64,000 bases of DNA from an uncultured Verrucomicrobiae bacterium (lineage in GTDB: Bacteria; Verrucomicrobiota; Verrucomicrobiia; Palsa-1439): NCBI GenBank assembly GCA_963812605.1, contig CAWEWF010000010.1, forward strand, positions 32,001-96,000, given 5' to 3'. Made by a program: the position numbers and the translations under genes. This document shows, piece after piece, positions 54,047 to 64,000 of this stretch. Below the pieces are notes generated by a model that did not search any database, had not been told where the DNA came from, and saw nothing but the letters and a program-made list of their open reading frames with translations. Every line of letters starts with the position of its first letter. The first letter of the stretch is position 1.

Positions 54047-54781
54047 CTAATTCGCGATACGCTTGACTGAGGAATTGAACGCAACCAACCGTTCCCAATC
54101 AATTGAACCATCCTTCCGACAGAAATCTGCCATGAAATCACGTGTGAAACGGTTCACAGCTTGATCCCATTCAGCGCGGAACTTCGGTCGATTTCGTTCC
54201 GGCACGTTTTTCATCAAGCGAATGAGCTTCAGGTAGAAGTCCGGATCGCCTGTAATCTCCTGCCAAAACGCTTGGCCAGAACGCCGGCGAAATCGCGAGT
54301 TGTCCGTCGGTTCGCTGCATTGCTGGCCGTAAGCTTGACCGACTAGTGGATCGAATTGCTTGTTCAGCTTGTAAAGTCGTTTGCGGAGCGCGTCAAAATT
54401 CGTGCTTTGACGCTTGTGCTGGTCGGCATTGCCCCAATTCGGCCCTGATTTGACAGCGACCGCTAAGTATCGGTCGGACTTTTCGAGCGCGAAATCCACG
54501 CCTTCGGTCGGGGCAACTTGACCGGCTGCAGCGATTTTTGCAATTGGCTCAAAGAAGACATTCCCGAAAATTGTCTCATCGGACGATGTGACAAAAGCGG
54601 TCATGATTTGCTCGACGATCTCAGAGGCTTTCTCGATACCCAACGCGCGGTACAGGTACGGATTCTTTTTTTGAAGAACCTTTTCCAGGCTAAGTTTCTG
54701 CAATGCGGTGAGGCGACTCGCATAGAACTTCTGCAAACAGATCTCGATCTCTTTTTCAAGCCGCGCTGGAGTGAGTGCCAT
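54047..54781 (-). CDS. Type II restriction endonuclease (EcoO109I/PmeII-like, PD-(D/E)xK)
   Basis: KKNPYL, SSDETIFGN.FFE, GVDF and AVKSGPNWGN motifs; overlaps the MTase 3' end. Confidence 0.8.
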   Translation of the reverse strand: MALTPARLEKEIEICLQKFYASRLTALQKLSLEKVLQKKNPYLYRALGIEKASEIVEQIMTAFVTSSDETIFGNVFFEPIAKIAAAGQVAPTEGVDFALEKSDRYLAVAVKSGPNWGNADQHKRQSTNFDALRKRLYKLNKQFDPLVGQAYGQQCSEPTDNSRFRRRSGQAFWQEITGDPDFYLKLIRLMKNVPERNRPKFRAEWDQAVNRFTRDFMADFCRKDGSIDWERLVAFNSSVKRIAN

Positions 54782-55718
54782 TATTACCTTTCTGAGGCAA
54801 ATCCCAGAGCGTTTCGCCCAACTCATCTTTCAGGCTTTTCCGCGCGACTGCGCAATAATCTTCCCGTATCTCGATTCCGAGATAGTTGCGGCCGAGTTTG
54901 GCAGTGGCAAGGGCTGTTGTGCCCGAACCGAGAAATGGGTCAAGAACAAGATCGCCCGGCTTGGTAAACAACCGGGTAAACCATCTTGGCAATGCTTCAG
55001 GAAACGCCGCACTGTGAGAGCGATTCGAGCATTCCGTGGCCAAATGAAGTACGTTCGTTGGATAAGCCAATTCCCGACCGACCCATTTGGAAATGTTCTT
55101 GCCGAACCCACTGCCAACTTTGGATTCGTCGCGTCGCTTGTCCGTATCGCTTAAGTTACGCAGACGCGCGTGTTTCCAGTTTCCCATCGGAACGCGTACC
55201 GCATCTTGATACATGGCGAAGTGCCGATTCTTAGTGAAGTGGAGGCAGCGTTCCCACGCGTCTCTAAAGCGGTTCGGCCATTTCCCTGGGTAGCAGTTTC
55301 GTTTGTGCCAAATGTATTCCTCGGTCCAAAGCCAGCCCTGACGGCGCATGCCGAGGATAGACTCAATCACATACGTGTGTCGTTCCCCTTCAACGGCTTT
55401 CTCTTTGATATTGAGAACGAAAGAACCGGTCGGCTTTAGCACCCGCAAAAGTTCGGCTGTAATTGGGAACAGCCATTCAGCATAACGGTCGGGGTGAATT
55501 CCTCCATATGTGCTCTTGCGAGAGTCTGCATAGGGTGGCGATGTAAAAATTAGGTCGATACAGTCAGATGGCAATTTCTTCAACTCGCTGGCGCAGTCCC
55601 CGCAGATGATACAATTGACCGGTGTGCTTCCGACCTGAAACCCTGCGCTGTTCGGTCCCTCGCGGATGCGAGAAGGCTTCCGCTTCTTCGTTGTGTATTT
55701 AATTTGGGCGCGTCGCAC
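54756..55718 (-). CDS. Beta-class N4-C/N6-A DNA methyltransferase
   Basis: TSPPY catalytic motif precedes the VLDPFLGSGTT SAM-binding motif. Confidence 0.9.
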   Translation of the reverse strand: MRRAQIKYTTKKRKPSRIREGPNSAGFQVGSTPVNCIICGDCASELKKLPSDCIDLIFTSPPYADSRKSTYGGIHPDRYAEWLFPITAELLRVLKPTGSFVLNIKEKAVEGERHTYVIESILGMRRQGWLWTEEYIWHKRNCYPGKWPNRFRDAWERCLHFTKNRHFAMYQDAVRVPMGNWKHARLRNLSDTDKRRDESKVGSGFGKNISKWVGRELAYPTNVLHLATECSNRSHSAAFPEALPRWFTRLFTKPGDLVLDPFLGSGTTALATAKLGRNYLGIEIREDYCAVARKSLKDELGETLWDLPQKGNNGTHSSAA

Positions 55719-55903
55719 GGGGCCAGTAAACCATAATCAGACCTCTAAGACAAGTGGCGTGTCGAATTGGGAGCAGGCCGGACGCGAGAATTCCGTCGCA
55801 TATATCGTAAATCGATAATTTTACTGGACACCGTGTCGGGAGGGGGGTATGGTCGGCGCGTGAATTTACGAACGGAAGTGTAATGATGGTGGTCGGTCGA
55901 GCA

Positions 55904-56270
55904 CGGACGGCTGGGCCAGCCGTCCCTACCACTCTGGTAGCGACGGACAAGTCGAAGGCCGCGTCAGGGGGCCTGTATATGTGTTTTTGCGAAACGAACC
56001 CACCGTTTTGGCGGACGATTTTTGATGTAACGGACTATGAATACATGGGTTGCTGCGAAAATTGAGAAGTGTTTCGGTGGGTTCGTTTTGGAAAAACAAA
56101 CCCAAATCCAGGGGTCCATTGGCGGGTTTGGAGTCGAAAGTGGGTTCGTTTCAGGAAAACGAAGCCGCTGGGAAAGTCGGGACGGTAACGTCCCTCCCAC
56201 GTTTCATGAGAGCAAGACGGGCGCACAGTCAGAACACTTGGCCAGTCCAACAGGCGAGACGCCTGTTCAA
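55904..56270. repeat. Intergenic cluster of REP-like palindromes and alternating AAACGAACCC-type repeats
   Basis: cggacggctgggccagccgtccctacc; ttttgcgaaacgaacccaccg (55985) versus cggtgggttcgttttggaaaa (56075); further copies near 56092, 56140 and 56157; aacaggcgagacgcctgtt. Confidence 0.7.
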
Positions 56271-56368
56271 CGCGGAAGACCGAAAATGAGGCGGAGCGAG
56301 CGGGCGCTTGGTGGCTGCAAGAAATCGTTTCACAAGCGGGTGGGTTCGGCTAAGATGACGCCCTTCGC

Positions 56369-57022
56369 ATGTTTACCGCACGCACATTACTGGCCGGCAA
56401 GTGGCCGATCCTGATTTTGGCGGCGTTGACCGCGGCGGTGATGTTCCTGAACTGCGCCGCGTGGCTGCGCGTCGCGCTGGCGGCCATTTCGTTGGCCCTG
56501 TTGCTGTTCACCCTTGCATTTTTTCGCGATCCCCATCGCGTGGCGCCGGCGAACCCGAAAGCCATCGTGGCACCGGCGGACGGCACGATTGTGGAGATCC
56601 GGACCGTCCACGAGCCGTATTTCCTCAACGGCGAAGCGACGATGGTGGCGATTTTTCTGTCGGTCTTCGACGTGCACGTGCAGCGCGCGCCGATTGACGG
56701 CGAAATCAAATTCGTGAAATATCACAAGGGCAAGTTTTTGGACGCCCGCGACATGAACGCTTCGCTCGAGAACGAAAACCGCGTGATTGGCCTGGTCGGA
56801 GCTGACGGGTATCGTGTGACCGTACGGCAAATCGCGGGGTTGATCGCGCGGCGGATCGTGGGCTGGGCCGACAAGGGCGCGAAACTGGCCCGGGGCGAAC
56901 GATTGGGGATGATCCGGTTCGGTTCGCGCGTGGAACTGTTCCTGCCGCCGGGCACGGAGGTCACGGCGCAGGTGGGCGACTATGCGAAAGGCGGTGAGAC
57001 GATCCTTGCCCGAAGAAAATGA
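56369..57022 (+). CDS. psd: Phosphatidylserine decarboxylase proenzyme
   Basis: FFRDP.R, APADG, IFLSVFDVHV, QIAGLIARRI and IRFGSRV motifs. Confidence 0.95.
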   Translation: MFTARTLLAGKWPILILAALTAAVMFLNCAAWLRVALAAISLALLLFTLAFFRDPHRVAPANPKAIVAPADGTIVEIRTVHEPYFLNGEATMVAIFLSVFDVHVQRAPIDGEIKFVKYHKGKFLDARDMNASLENENRVIGLVGADGYRVTVRQIAGLIARRIVGWADKGAKLARGERLGMIRFGSRVELFLPPGTEVTAQVGDYAKGGETILARRK

Positions 57023-57872
57023 CATACCAGCCCGACCGGCCGAACGCACCCGGAAGCCGGAACTTTCGCCGGAGAATGACGAGCGGGTGCAGATCTATTT
57101 TCTGCCGAACCTGCTCACGGCGGGCAATCTCGCCTGCGGTTTTTTTGCGCTGACGTGGATTTTCAAGTACGAGCGCGCGCTGGGTTTTGAGCCAATCCTG
57201 ATCGCCATTCGGCTGATCCTGGCGGCTTTCGCCTGTGACTTCCTGGATGGCCGACTGGCGCGGCTGGCGAAGAAGGAGTCGCACTTCGGACGCGAGTTCG
57301 ATTCGTTGGCGGACATCGTGAGTTTTGGCGTCGCGCCGGCGTTCCTGGTTTACCGCATCGTCCTCTATCAATTTGAAAGGTCCGGCTGGCTGATTGCGGC
57401 GATCTACCTGGTGTGCGGCGGGATCCGGCTGGCGCGATTCAATGTACTGAGCATGCGGCCGTCGAGCCACAAGGGCCGCGAGTTTGTCGGGTTTCCCATT
57501 CCATCCGCGGCGGCGGTGGTGGTGAGCGTGGCAATGTTCATGATGTGGCTGGTGGGCCACGAACACGAACTCGGACCGTCCCGCTACGCCCTGGCGGGGT
57601 TGATGGTCCTGCTGTCGATCCTGATGGTCAGCAATGTGCGCTATCCCACGTTCAAGTATATCGACTGGACGCCGGCGCGGTCGGTCGCGGCGTTTGCGGC
57701 GGCGGCGGTGATGGGGCTGTTGCTGGTATCGGAGTTCGAGGTGACGCTGGCGGCGTTGTTCGTCGCGTATTTGTTGTACGGCCTGGTGCGCCCCTGGGTG
57801 AGCAAACGCTGGCGGCGCGAGATCGAGTCGGATGAATCCGACGACGATGAAGACGATTCGATCGACGGGTGA
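57019..57872 (+). CDS. pssA: CDP-diacylglycerol--serine O-phosphatidyltransferase; start approximate
   Basis: LPNLLT.GN and DFLDGRLAR...FGREFDSLADIVSFGVAP motifs; follows psd. Confidence 0.9.
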
Positions 57873-58528
57873 ACGACAACGCCGTGGAAAACTACTTTCA
57901 ACCTATTCTGGCGGGTTTCGTCGCCGGTTTTGTCGTCGCCGTGCCCGTGGGCCCGGTCAACCTCACCGTCATCAACCAGGCGTTGCGCCGGGGATTCGGC
58001 ACGGCATTTTTGATTGGCATCGGCGCGATGTGCGCCGAGACGCTGTACGCGTCGCTGATGCTCTGGGGACACGCTTCGATTCTCGACGCGCCGCGCGTGG
58101 TGCTGGCGATGCGCATCATCGCGGTCGTGGTGATCGGCGCGATGGGAACCCGCTACCTGCTTTTCAAATCCGTAAAAGTCGGCGACAGCGAGGCCACGGT
58201 CCGGAAACTTGACGAGCGCTGGCATCATCCGCAGTCGTTTTTCCTCGGGTTCGCCCTGACCATTTCGAACCTGATGCTGGTGGTTGTTTGGGCGACGCTG
58301 GTCACGTTGCTCTATGCGCATGAATGGGTCGTCCCGAACCCCGTGAGCAGGCTGCTGTGCGCGCTCGGGGTGCTCGGCGGAGGATCGATGTGGTTTTTGC
58401 TGCTGGCTTTCTTCGTCTCGCGCGCGCATCGCCGCGTGAAGGATCGAACCCTGACCGTGCTGGTGCGCTGCTGCGGGATATTGTTCCTCGGTTTTGCCGG
58501 GTGGCTGGCCTGGAAATTGTTCCAGTAA
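57869..58528 (+). CDS. LysE-family translocator
   Basis: AVPVGPVNL and FFLGFALTISN motifs. Confidence 0.85.
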   Translation: MNDNAVENYFQPILAGFVAGFVVAVPVGPVNLTVINQALRRGFGTAFLIGIGAMCAETLYASLMLWGHASILDAPRVVLAMRIIAVVVIGAMGTRYLLFKSVKVGDSEATVRKLDERWHHPQSFFLGFALTISNLMLVVVWATLVTLLYAHEWVVPNPVSRLLCALGVLGGGSMWFLLLAFFVSRAHRRVKDRTLTVLVRCCGILFLGFAGWLAWKLFQ

Positions 58529-58542
58529 TGAAGTCCGCGGAT

Positions 58543-59532
58543 TTACTTCGCAAGTTTTCGCAACAAGTCCGGCAATTTCCGCAAAGCGATGATCTGGCGC
58601 TTCGTCTGCATGGCCGGCTGCGCGGGTGTCCCAAACACGATCGAGCCCGGCGGCAAATCCTCGGAGACGCCGCTTTGTGCGGCCACGACCGAGTTGGAAC
58701 CGATTTTGAGGTGGTCGGCGATGCCGGCCTGTCCCGCCAGCGTGACGTTGTCGCCGATCTGCACGCTGCCCGCGACGCCCGCCTGCGAGACGATGATGCA
58801 ATTCTGGCCGAGCGTGACGTTGTGGGCGATCTGCACGAGGTTGTCGATCTTGGTCCAGCGCTTGATGATGGTGGAATCCATCGTCGCGCGATCGATGGTC
58901 GTGTTCGCGCCAATTTCGACGTCGTCCTCGATGATCACGTTGCCCACCTGCGGAATTTTCAGCCGCTCGGCGCCGTCCTGCACATAGCCGAAGCCGTCGC
59001 TGCCGATCACCGCGCCGGCGTGAATGCCGACGCGATTGCCGATGCGGATGTCGTGGTAGATGGTGACCTGCGGGTAGAGCCGGCAATCGTCACCCAGGCG
59101 GGTGCCTTCGCCGATGACGCAATGCGCCTCGATGACCGTGCGGTTGCCGACCACGACGTTGTCGCGCAGCACCGTGTACTCGCCGACGAATACGCCGTCG
59201 CCCAGGCGCACGTTGCGGCCGAGTTGCGCGGTGGGATGAACCTGCGCAGGATAGGGACGCGGCGGACAAAAGATCGCCAGGGCCCGCGCGAACGCCGCGC
59301 GCGGGTTCTTTACCCGAATCAGAGTTTTCCGCGACGCGGGCGCGTTCAGCGGGACGATGACAGCGGCAGCGGCGCATCCTTCCGCAGCGGCGCAGTGTTT
59401 GGCGTTTTCCGCGAACGTGATTTCAGTGGCTTGCGCCTGTGGAATCGGCGCGATGCCGGTGAGCTGGATATTCGCGTCGCCTTCCACCTGGCCGCCGATT
59501 TGCGCCGCGAGAGCTTGAACGGTAATGGGCAT
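58543..59532 (-). CDS. lpxD: UDP-3-O-acylglucosamine N-acyltransferase
   Basis: Hexapeptide repeats; IGSDGFGY, KIPQVG and KIDNLVQIAHNV motifs. Confidence 0.95.
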   Translation of the reverse strand: MPITVQALAAQIGGQVEGDANIQLTGIAPIPQAQATEITFAENAKHCAAAEGCAAAAVIVPLNAPASRKTLIRVKNPRAAFARALAIFCPPRPYPAQVHPTAQLGRNVRLGDGVFVGEYTVLRDNVVVGNRTVIEAHCVIGEGTRLGDDCRLYPQVTIYHDIRIGNRVGIHAGAVIGSDGFGYVQDGAERLKIPQVGNVIIEDDVEIGANTTIDRATMDSTIIKRWTKIDNLVQIAHNVTLGQNCIIVSQAGVAGSVQIGDNVTLAGQAGIADHLKIGSNSVVAAQSGVSEDLPPGSIVFGTPAQPAMQTKRQIIALRKLPDLLRKLAK

Positions 59533-59639
59533 TTATGTGGAGCGTAACAGAAGCCCCGGATGATGGCAATGAGTTGGGCCATCACGAGCAGTCAATTTCC
59601 AGTCGTGACAAGCCGACCTCGGCGGGTAAACTGCGGGCC

Positions 59640-60326
59640 ATGCTCTATGGCCAAACGCCGAAGTGGATTGACTGGCTTGATCGCAGGATGCCGGGTTTCG
59701 GGATTCCCAACCTGGCCCTGTACCTGGTTGGGGCACAGGCGTGCGGTTTTCTGCTGCTCCTGGCCAACCCGCAGGCGATATTTCTGCTCGGTCTTGATCC
59801 CTCGCTGGTGCTGAAGGGCGAAGTCTGGCGGCTGGTCACCTTCCTGGCGGTGCCGCCACCGCTCCGCCCGGTGTGGATGGTTTTTGCGCTCTACTTCCTG
59901 TACTTCATCGTCAGCGCCATCGAAGAGGAATGGGGCGAGTTCCGCACCACATTATATGTGGCGGTAGCGGTATTGCTCAGCATCGCCTTTTCGTTTGCCT
60001 TCCAGTGGCCGATCTACGGCGCCGCCAAACTGGGATCAACGCTTTTTCTGGCCGCCGCCACCATCGCGCCGGAGTACCAAATCATGTTGTTCCTGATAAT
60101 TCCGGTGAAAATGAAATGGCTGGCGTGGTTGTCGGTGGCGTACATTGTCTTCGGGCTGATATTCGGCACACTGTTGAGCCGGTTGTATCTGCTGACCATG
60201 TACGCCAACTACGTGCTTTTTTTCGGCCCGTATTTCGCGGGACGGCTCAAAGCCGTTTATCGACGTAAGAAATTCCAGCAGGAGGTCGCGGCCGGTCGCG
60301 TCAATCCGGACGAGCCAGGGGAATAA
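59640..60326 (+). CDS. Conserved membrane protein (rhomboid/DER1-like fold)
   Basis: IPNL..Y, GEVWRLVTF and IIPVKMKWLAW motifs. Confidence 0.7.
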   Translation: MLYGQTPKWIDWLDRRMPGFGIPNLALYLVGAQACGFLLLLANPQAIFLLGLDPSLVLKGEVWRLVTFLAVPPPLRPVWMVFALYFLYFIVSAIEEEWGEFRTTLYVAVAVLLSIAFSFAFQWPIYGAAKLGSTLFLAAATIAPEYQIMLFLIIPVKMKWLAWLSVAYIVFGLIFGTLLSRLYLLTMYANYVLFFGPYFAGRLKAVYRRKKFQQEVAAGRVNPDEPGE

Positions 60327-60327
60327 A

Positions 60328-61526
60328 ATGAATGCACCGATGAAATACCGTCGTTTTGGCCGAACCAATCTTTCCGTGCCCGTCATTTCTTGCGGGGGGA
60401 TGCGCTATCAACACTCGTGGAAAGACGAGGACGCGGGCGGCATCACCGCCGAGGGCCAGGCAAACCTCGAAGCCACGATCCACCGGGCGCTGGAGCTCGG
60501 CATCAACCACATTGAAACCGCGCGGGGTTACGGGACGTCCGAATTGCAGCTTGGCAAAATTCTCCCGCGGCTGCCGCGCGAGCGGATGGTGATCCAAACC
60601 AAGGTCAGCCCGTGCGCCGATTCGAAGGAATTCCTGGCCACGTTCAACCAGTCGATGAAGAATTTGCAACTCGATTACGTTGACCTGCTGGGCCTTCATG
60701 GCATCAATAATGAAGAGATCCTCGACTTCGCGCTGCGTCGCGGCGGCTGCCTGGAGGTCGCTCGTCAGCTCCAGAAAGAAGGCCGTGTCCGTTTCATCGG
60801 CTTTTCCACGCACGCTGTGACCCGCGTGATTACCGCTGCCATTGAATCGGGCGAGTTCGATTACGTCAATCTGCACTGGTACTTCGTCAATCCGCTCAAC
60901 TGGCCGTCGGTGCGGGCCGCCACGAAGCGTGACATGGGCGTGTTTATCATCAGCCCGAACGACAAGGGCGGCATGCTGCAAAACCGGCGGCCAAAATGGC
61001 GGAACTGTGCGCGCCCCTGTCACCGATGCAGTTCAACGACCTGTACTGTCTGGCACGACCAGAAGTCCACACGCTCAGTTGTGGCGCGGCGCGTCCCAGC
61101 GACTTCGATGAACACGTCGCCGCGCTGGAGTTCTACGGTCGCGAAGCGGAAACGATCGCGCCGATGGAACGCCGTTTGCGCGCGGAGATGGAACGGGTGC
61201 TCGGCGCTGATTGGTGCGCGCGATGGACGGAAGGCTTGCCGGAGTTTACCGAAGCGCCCGACAAGGTGAACCTGATCGAGATCCTTCGTCTGTGGACATA
61301 TGCGAAATCCCTCGATCTCATGGAGTGGGGGAAAATGCGCTACAATTTGCTCAGCGGCAACGGCGGCCACTGGTTCCCTGGCGAAATGGCGAACAAAATC
61401 ACCGACGAGCGAAAACTGCCGGCAGCCATTGCCCGGAGTCCGTTCGCCGCGCGCATCCCGGAAATCCTCCGCGAAACCCACCAATTACTGTTCACGGAAC
61501 CGAAGAAGCGGCTCAGCCAGAGTTGA
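60328..61526 (+). CDS. Aldo/keto reductase, frameshifted near 60980
   Basis: [32 protein letters not shown] and RYNLL..GGHWFPG motifs. Confidence 0.9.
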
Positions 61527-61534
61527 GCGGCGAG

Positions 61535-62350
61535 CTACGACGCCAGCGGGATGCCATTTTCTCGCGCCAGTTTGCGCAACGCGTTGACGGCGACACCAAA
61601 AAGTTCGGGACCGCTGAAGCCCGAGGATTGTCCCGCGATCGACAGGTGCGGCTCGAAACTCAGGAACCCGTTGTAACCGCCGGCGCAGGCGTCCTTCAAA
61701 ATCTCGGCGATATGACCGTCTCCTTCGCCGGCGGGCACGACCTTGCCGCTGCCGCGGAGGGCGTCCTTGATGTGGATGTGCGCCGTGTAGGGCTTCAGGA
61801 GCGGCCAGTTGTCGAGCGGGTCCTCGCCGGCCTGGATGAAATTGGCGAAATCGAAGGCCGCGCGGAACTTCGGTGAATCGAGGTTCTGATGCAGGTCGAG
61901 ACACGACGCACCGAGTTCGCCGTAGATGTGTCTTTCGTTTTCATGAACGAGTATCGGGCGATAGGACTGCACGTAGTCGATTTTTTTCTGTAGGCGGCGC
62001 AGCACTTCCGCGCGCCCTTGAGGGAAGGCTTCGTAATAACTGAAGATGCGAACAAACGGCGCATCGAAGAATTCCGCCAGTTCCACGGCGATTTTGAACC
62101 GCTCAAAATGCGGGTCGAACGGCTCGCTGAGTTTGACCTTGCCGATGGGCGAACCGATGCCGATCACTCCGAGGCCGTTGTCCTTGAGCTTTTTTTTGAT
62201 TTCCGCGCGCAACGATTTGTCAAAATCGAGCACGTTCCTGCCTGCCACGCCGCGCAATTCAAGGTGGGTCACGCCCTGCTTCTTGCATTCCGCAATCTGC
62301 ACGTCGAGGTCTGGCGAGATCTCGTCGCCGAAGGCGGCTAGGCCGAGCAT
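61535..62350 (-). CDS. Sugar phosphate isomerase/epimerase
   Basis: FGDEISPDL, GSPIGK, HENE, FDFANF, HIKDA and EPHL motifs. Confidence 0.85.
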   Translation of the reverse strand: MLGLAAFGDEISPDLDVQIAECKKQGVTHLELRGVAGRNVLDFDKSLRAEIKKKLKDNGLGVIGIGSPIGKVKLSEPFDPHFERFKIAVELAEFFDAPFVRIFSYYEAFPQGRAEVLRRLQKKIDYVQSYRPILVHENERHIYGELGASCLDLHQNLDSPKFRAAFDFANFIQAGEDPLDNWPLLKPYTAHIHIKDALRGSGKVVPAGEGDGHIAEILKDACAGGYNGFLSFEPHLSIAGQSSGFSGPELFGVAVNALRKLARENGIPLAS

Positions 62351-63111
62351 AGATTCTTTTGGGTGTAGACGAAGCTTTGCTTTAGCGAATCGAACGGATC
62401 GCCGGGACAGGTGTCCTGCTCGATGCAGTACCACTCGCAACCGGCCTTTTCCGCCGCGGCGATGATCCGTGGCCAGTCGAGATTGCCGTTGCCGATCTCC
62501 GCGAACGTCGGTTGGTTGTTGGCGTTCACCGTGTAATCTTTCATGTGCAGAATCGGCAAACGTCCCGTGAGCCGTTCGCACCACGCGACGGGATCACCGC
62601 CGCCGTTCTGCACCCAGTACGTATCCGGTTCGCCCTGCAGATAGCGCGGATCAGTCTCGTCGAAGAGGATTTCGAGGACGGGTTTTCCGCCCAACCGTCG
62701 GAATTCGATTTGATGGTTGTGGTAGCACAGCACCTGTCCCGCGGCGTGCAGTACTTTGCCGGCGGCGTTGAGCCGGGCCGCGAACGACTTCACTTCCGGA
62801 AGCGTGTCGAATTTGATGCCGGCCGGCCAGGCGTAGGCAGTGAGGGGACAACCGAGTTTCTGGAGATGTTCGACGACGCGTTGCGGCTCGTTGAGGATCG
62901 TGTTCCCGTCCTCGTGCGTGGCGCAGCAGGTCAGGCCTTCGCCTTTCAACATGGCGACCAGTTCGCCCTCCCCGATTGGGCCGAGCCCGCTGATCTGCAC
63001 CGATTCGTAGCCGATGGCGCGAATCTTCTTCAGGGTCTTCGCGATTTCCGGCGGCGTCTTGGCGAAATCACGAACGGTGTACAACTGGGCGGCGATTTGG
63101 TGAATTTTCAT
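62338..63111 (-). CDS. Sugar phosphate isomerase/epimerase
   Basis: QLYTVRD, YHNH..EF, DTYWVQ.GG, HMKD and IEQD motifs. Confidence 0.85.
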   Translation of the reverse strand: MKIHQIAAQLYTVRDFAKTPPEIAKTLKKIRAIGYESVQISGLGPIGEGELVAMLKGEGLTCCATHEDGNTILNEPQRVVEHLQKLGCPLTAYAWPAGIKFDTLPEVKSFAARLNAAGKVLHAAGQVLCYHNHQIEFRRLGGKPVLEILFDETDPRYLQGEPDTYWVQNGGGDPVAWCERLTGRLPILHMKDYTVNANNQPTFAEIGNGNLDWPRIIAAAEKAGCEWYCIEQDTCPGDPFDSLKQSFVYTQKNLCSA

Positions 63112-64000
63112 CGTTTGTAGGAGGCGGCCAGATCGTCGGTAATCACGCCGGGGGAGCGTTTGGCTCCCCGCTTGAATCGTGAAGTTTCGATCTTGCCTTG
63201 TAAAAACTTCTCGTAGGCGGCGGCAATAAGTGGCAGTTCGACGGTTTGGTTTTGGGCCGAGGAAAACAGGATGGCGTTCGCCAGTTCGACGGAATGAATC
63301 CCCTCCGGCGCGGGCGCGATGAGCGGACTACCATCGAGAATGGCGTCGATGAAATTCTGCAGCATCTCGACGTGTTGGCCGCCGCGGTTGGGGAAGGTGA
63401 ACCGGAATTCCTCGGTCGCCGGCGCGGCGAAGGGTTTGGTTGCGGCGCCGCTGAATTCGCTCATCGGCCTCGCATTTCGGGTGAAGGTGAGCACATCGTT
63501 CTCGAACACCAGTCGGCCATTTTCTGCGGCGACTTCCAACCGATTTGTGCCCGGCGCCTCGCCGGTGGACGTGATGAATACGGCGGTTGCGCCGTCAGCG
63601 TATTCAAAATACGCGGTCACGTCGTCTTCCACCTCGATATCGTGGTAGCGACCGAGCCCGCAAAACCCGCGCACGCGCTGCGGCATCCCGAAGAACCACT
63701 GGAACAGGTCGAGGTTGTGCGTACACTGGTTGAGCAGCACGCCGCCGCCCTCGCCGGCCCAGGTCGCGCGCCAACTCCCCAGCTTGTAATACGCCTCGGG
63801 ACGAAACCAGTTGGTGATGATCCAGTTGATCCGGCGAATCCGGCCAAGTTCGCCGTTCTGGATGAGTTCGCGGACTTTTTGGTAGCACGGATCGGTGCGC
63901 TGTTGGAACATCGTGGCGAAGGTTTGTTTCGGGTCCTGCCATGCGGCGATGAGCCGTTCGCAGTCGGCTTTCTGGACGGAAATCGGTTTCTCCACGAGCA
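63108..64000 (-). CDS. Gfo/Idh/MocA oxidoreductase; 5' end lies outside the window
   Basis: LVEKP, WRATWAGEGGGVLLNQC.HNLD and STGEAPGTNRLE motifs. Confidence 0.9.
   Translation of the reverse strand, partial: LVEKPISVQKADCERLIAAWQDPKQTFATMFQQRTDPCYQKVRELIQNGELGRIRRINWIITNWFRPEAYYKLGSWRATWAGEGGGVLLNQCTHNLDLFQWFFGMPQRVRGFCGLGRYHDIEVEDDVTAYFEYADGATAVFITSTGEAPGTNRLEVAAENGRLVFENDVLTFTRNARPMSEFSGAATKPFAAPATEEFRFTFPNRGGQHVEMLQNFIDAILDGSPLIAPAPEGIHSVELANAILFSSAQNQTVELPLIAAAYEKFLQGKIETSRFKRGAKRSPGVITDDLAASYKR

Noticed and set aside
1-64000. Many split genes as pseudogenes or programmed frameshifts
   Set aside because: Indels are scattered across unrelated genes, often at short homopolymers, with motifs otherwise intact. 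This is best explained by long-read error.

Overview
A GC-rich bacterial chromosomal window, most likely Verrucomicrobiota/PVC. This is inferred from two PEP-CTERM proteins, a prepilin H-X9-DG protein, a planctomycete-type cytochrome c and large Thr/Asn/Gly-rich secreted proteins. Many genes are split by single-base indels, which looks like long-read assembly error rather than real pseudogenisation. Contents in order: two GH5 glycosidases and an esterase (0-5.7 kb); an Lhr helicase with hopanoid genes hpnR and hpnA-like (6.7-13.7 kb); YihY, MscS and ACT genes; a LacI-controlled carbohydrate locus with DUF2264, a giant beta-repeat protein and a PL7 lyase (17.5-27.5 kb); a complete IS21 that truncates a TMTC-like TPR glycosyltransferase; PEP-CTERM, GspF and lipoprotein genes; a TetR-RND efflux operon; cytochromes; a prepilin; a 2 kb cassette-like block delimited by tRNA-3'-end-like repeats (44.4-46.35 kb); an MdtABC-type RND system; a type II R-M pair; and core genes (psd, pssA, lysE-like, lpxD, aldo/keto reductase, sugar isomerases). 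Leading candidates for novelty: (1) a shared ~140-aa C-terminal domain ending RYYRVxxVP on three unrelated secreted proteins, one with a whole domain inserted just before the terminal motif; (2) an array of tRNA-mimic att-like repeats separating cargo genes; (3) an in-frame palindromic insert between two copies of the prepilin FTLIELL motif; (4) a shared promoter/operator motif defining a putative LacI regulon. All family assignments come from motif recognition only; no searches were run.
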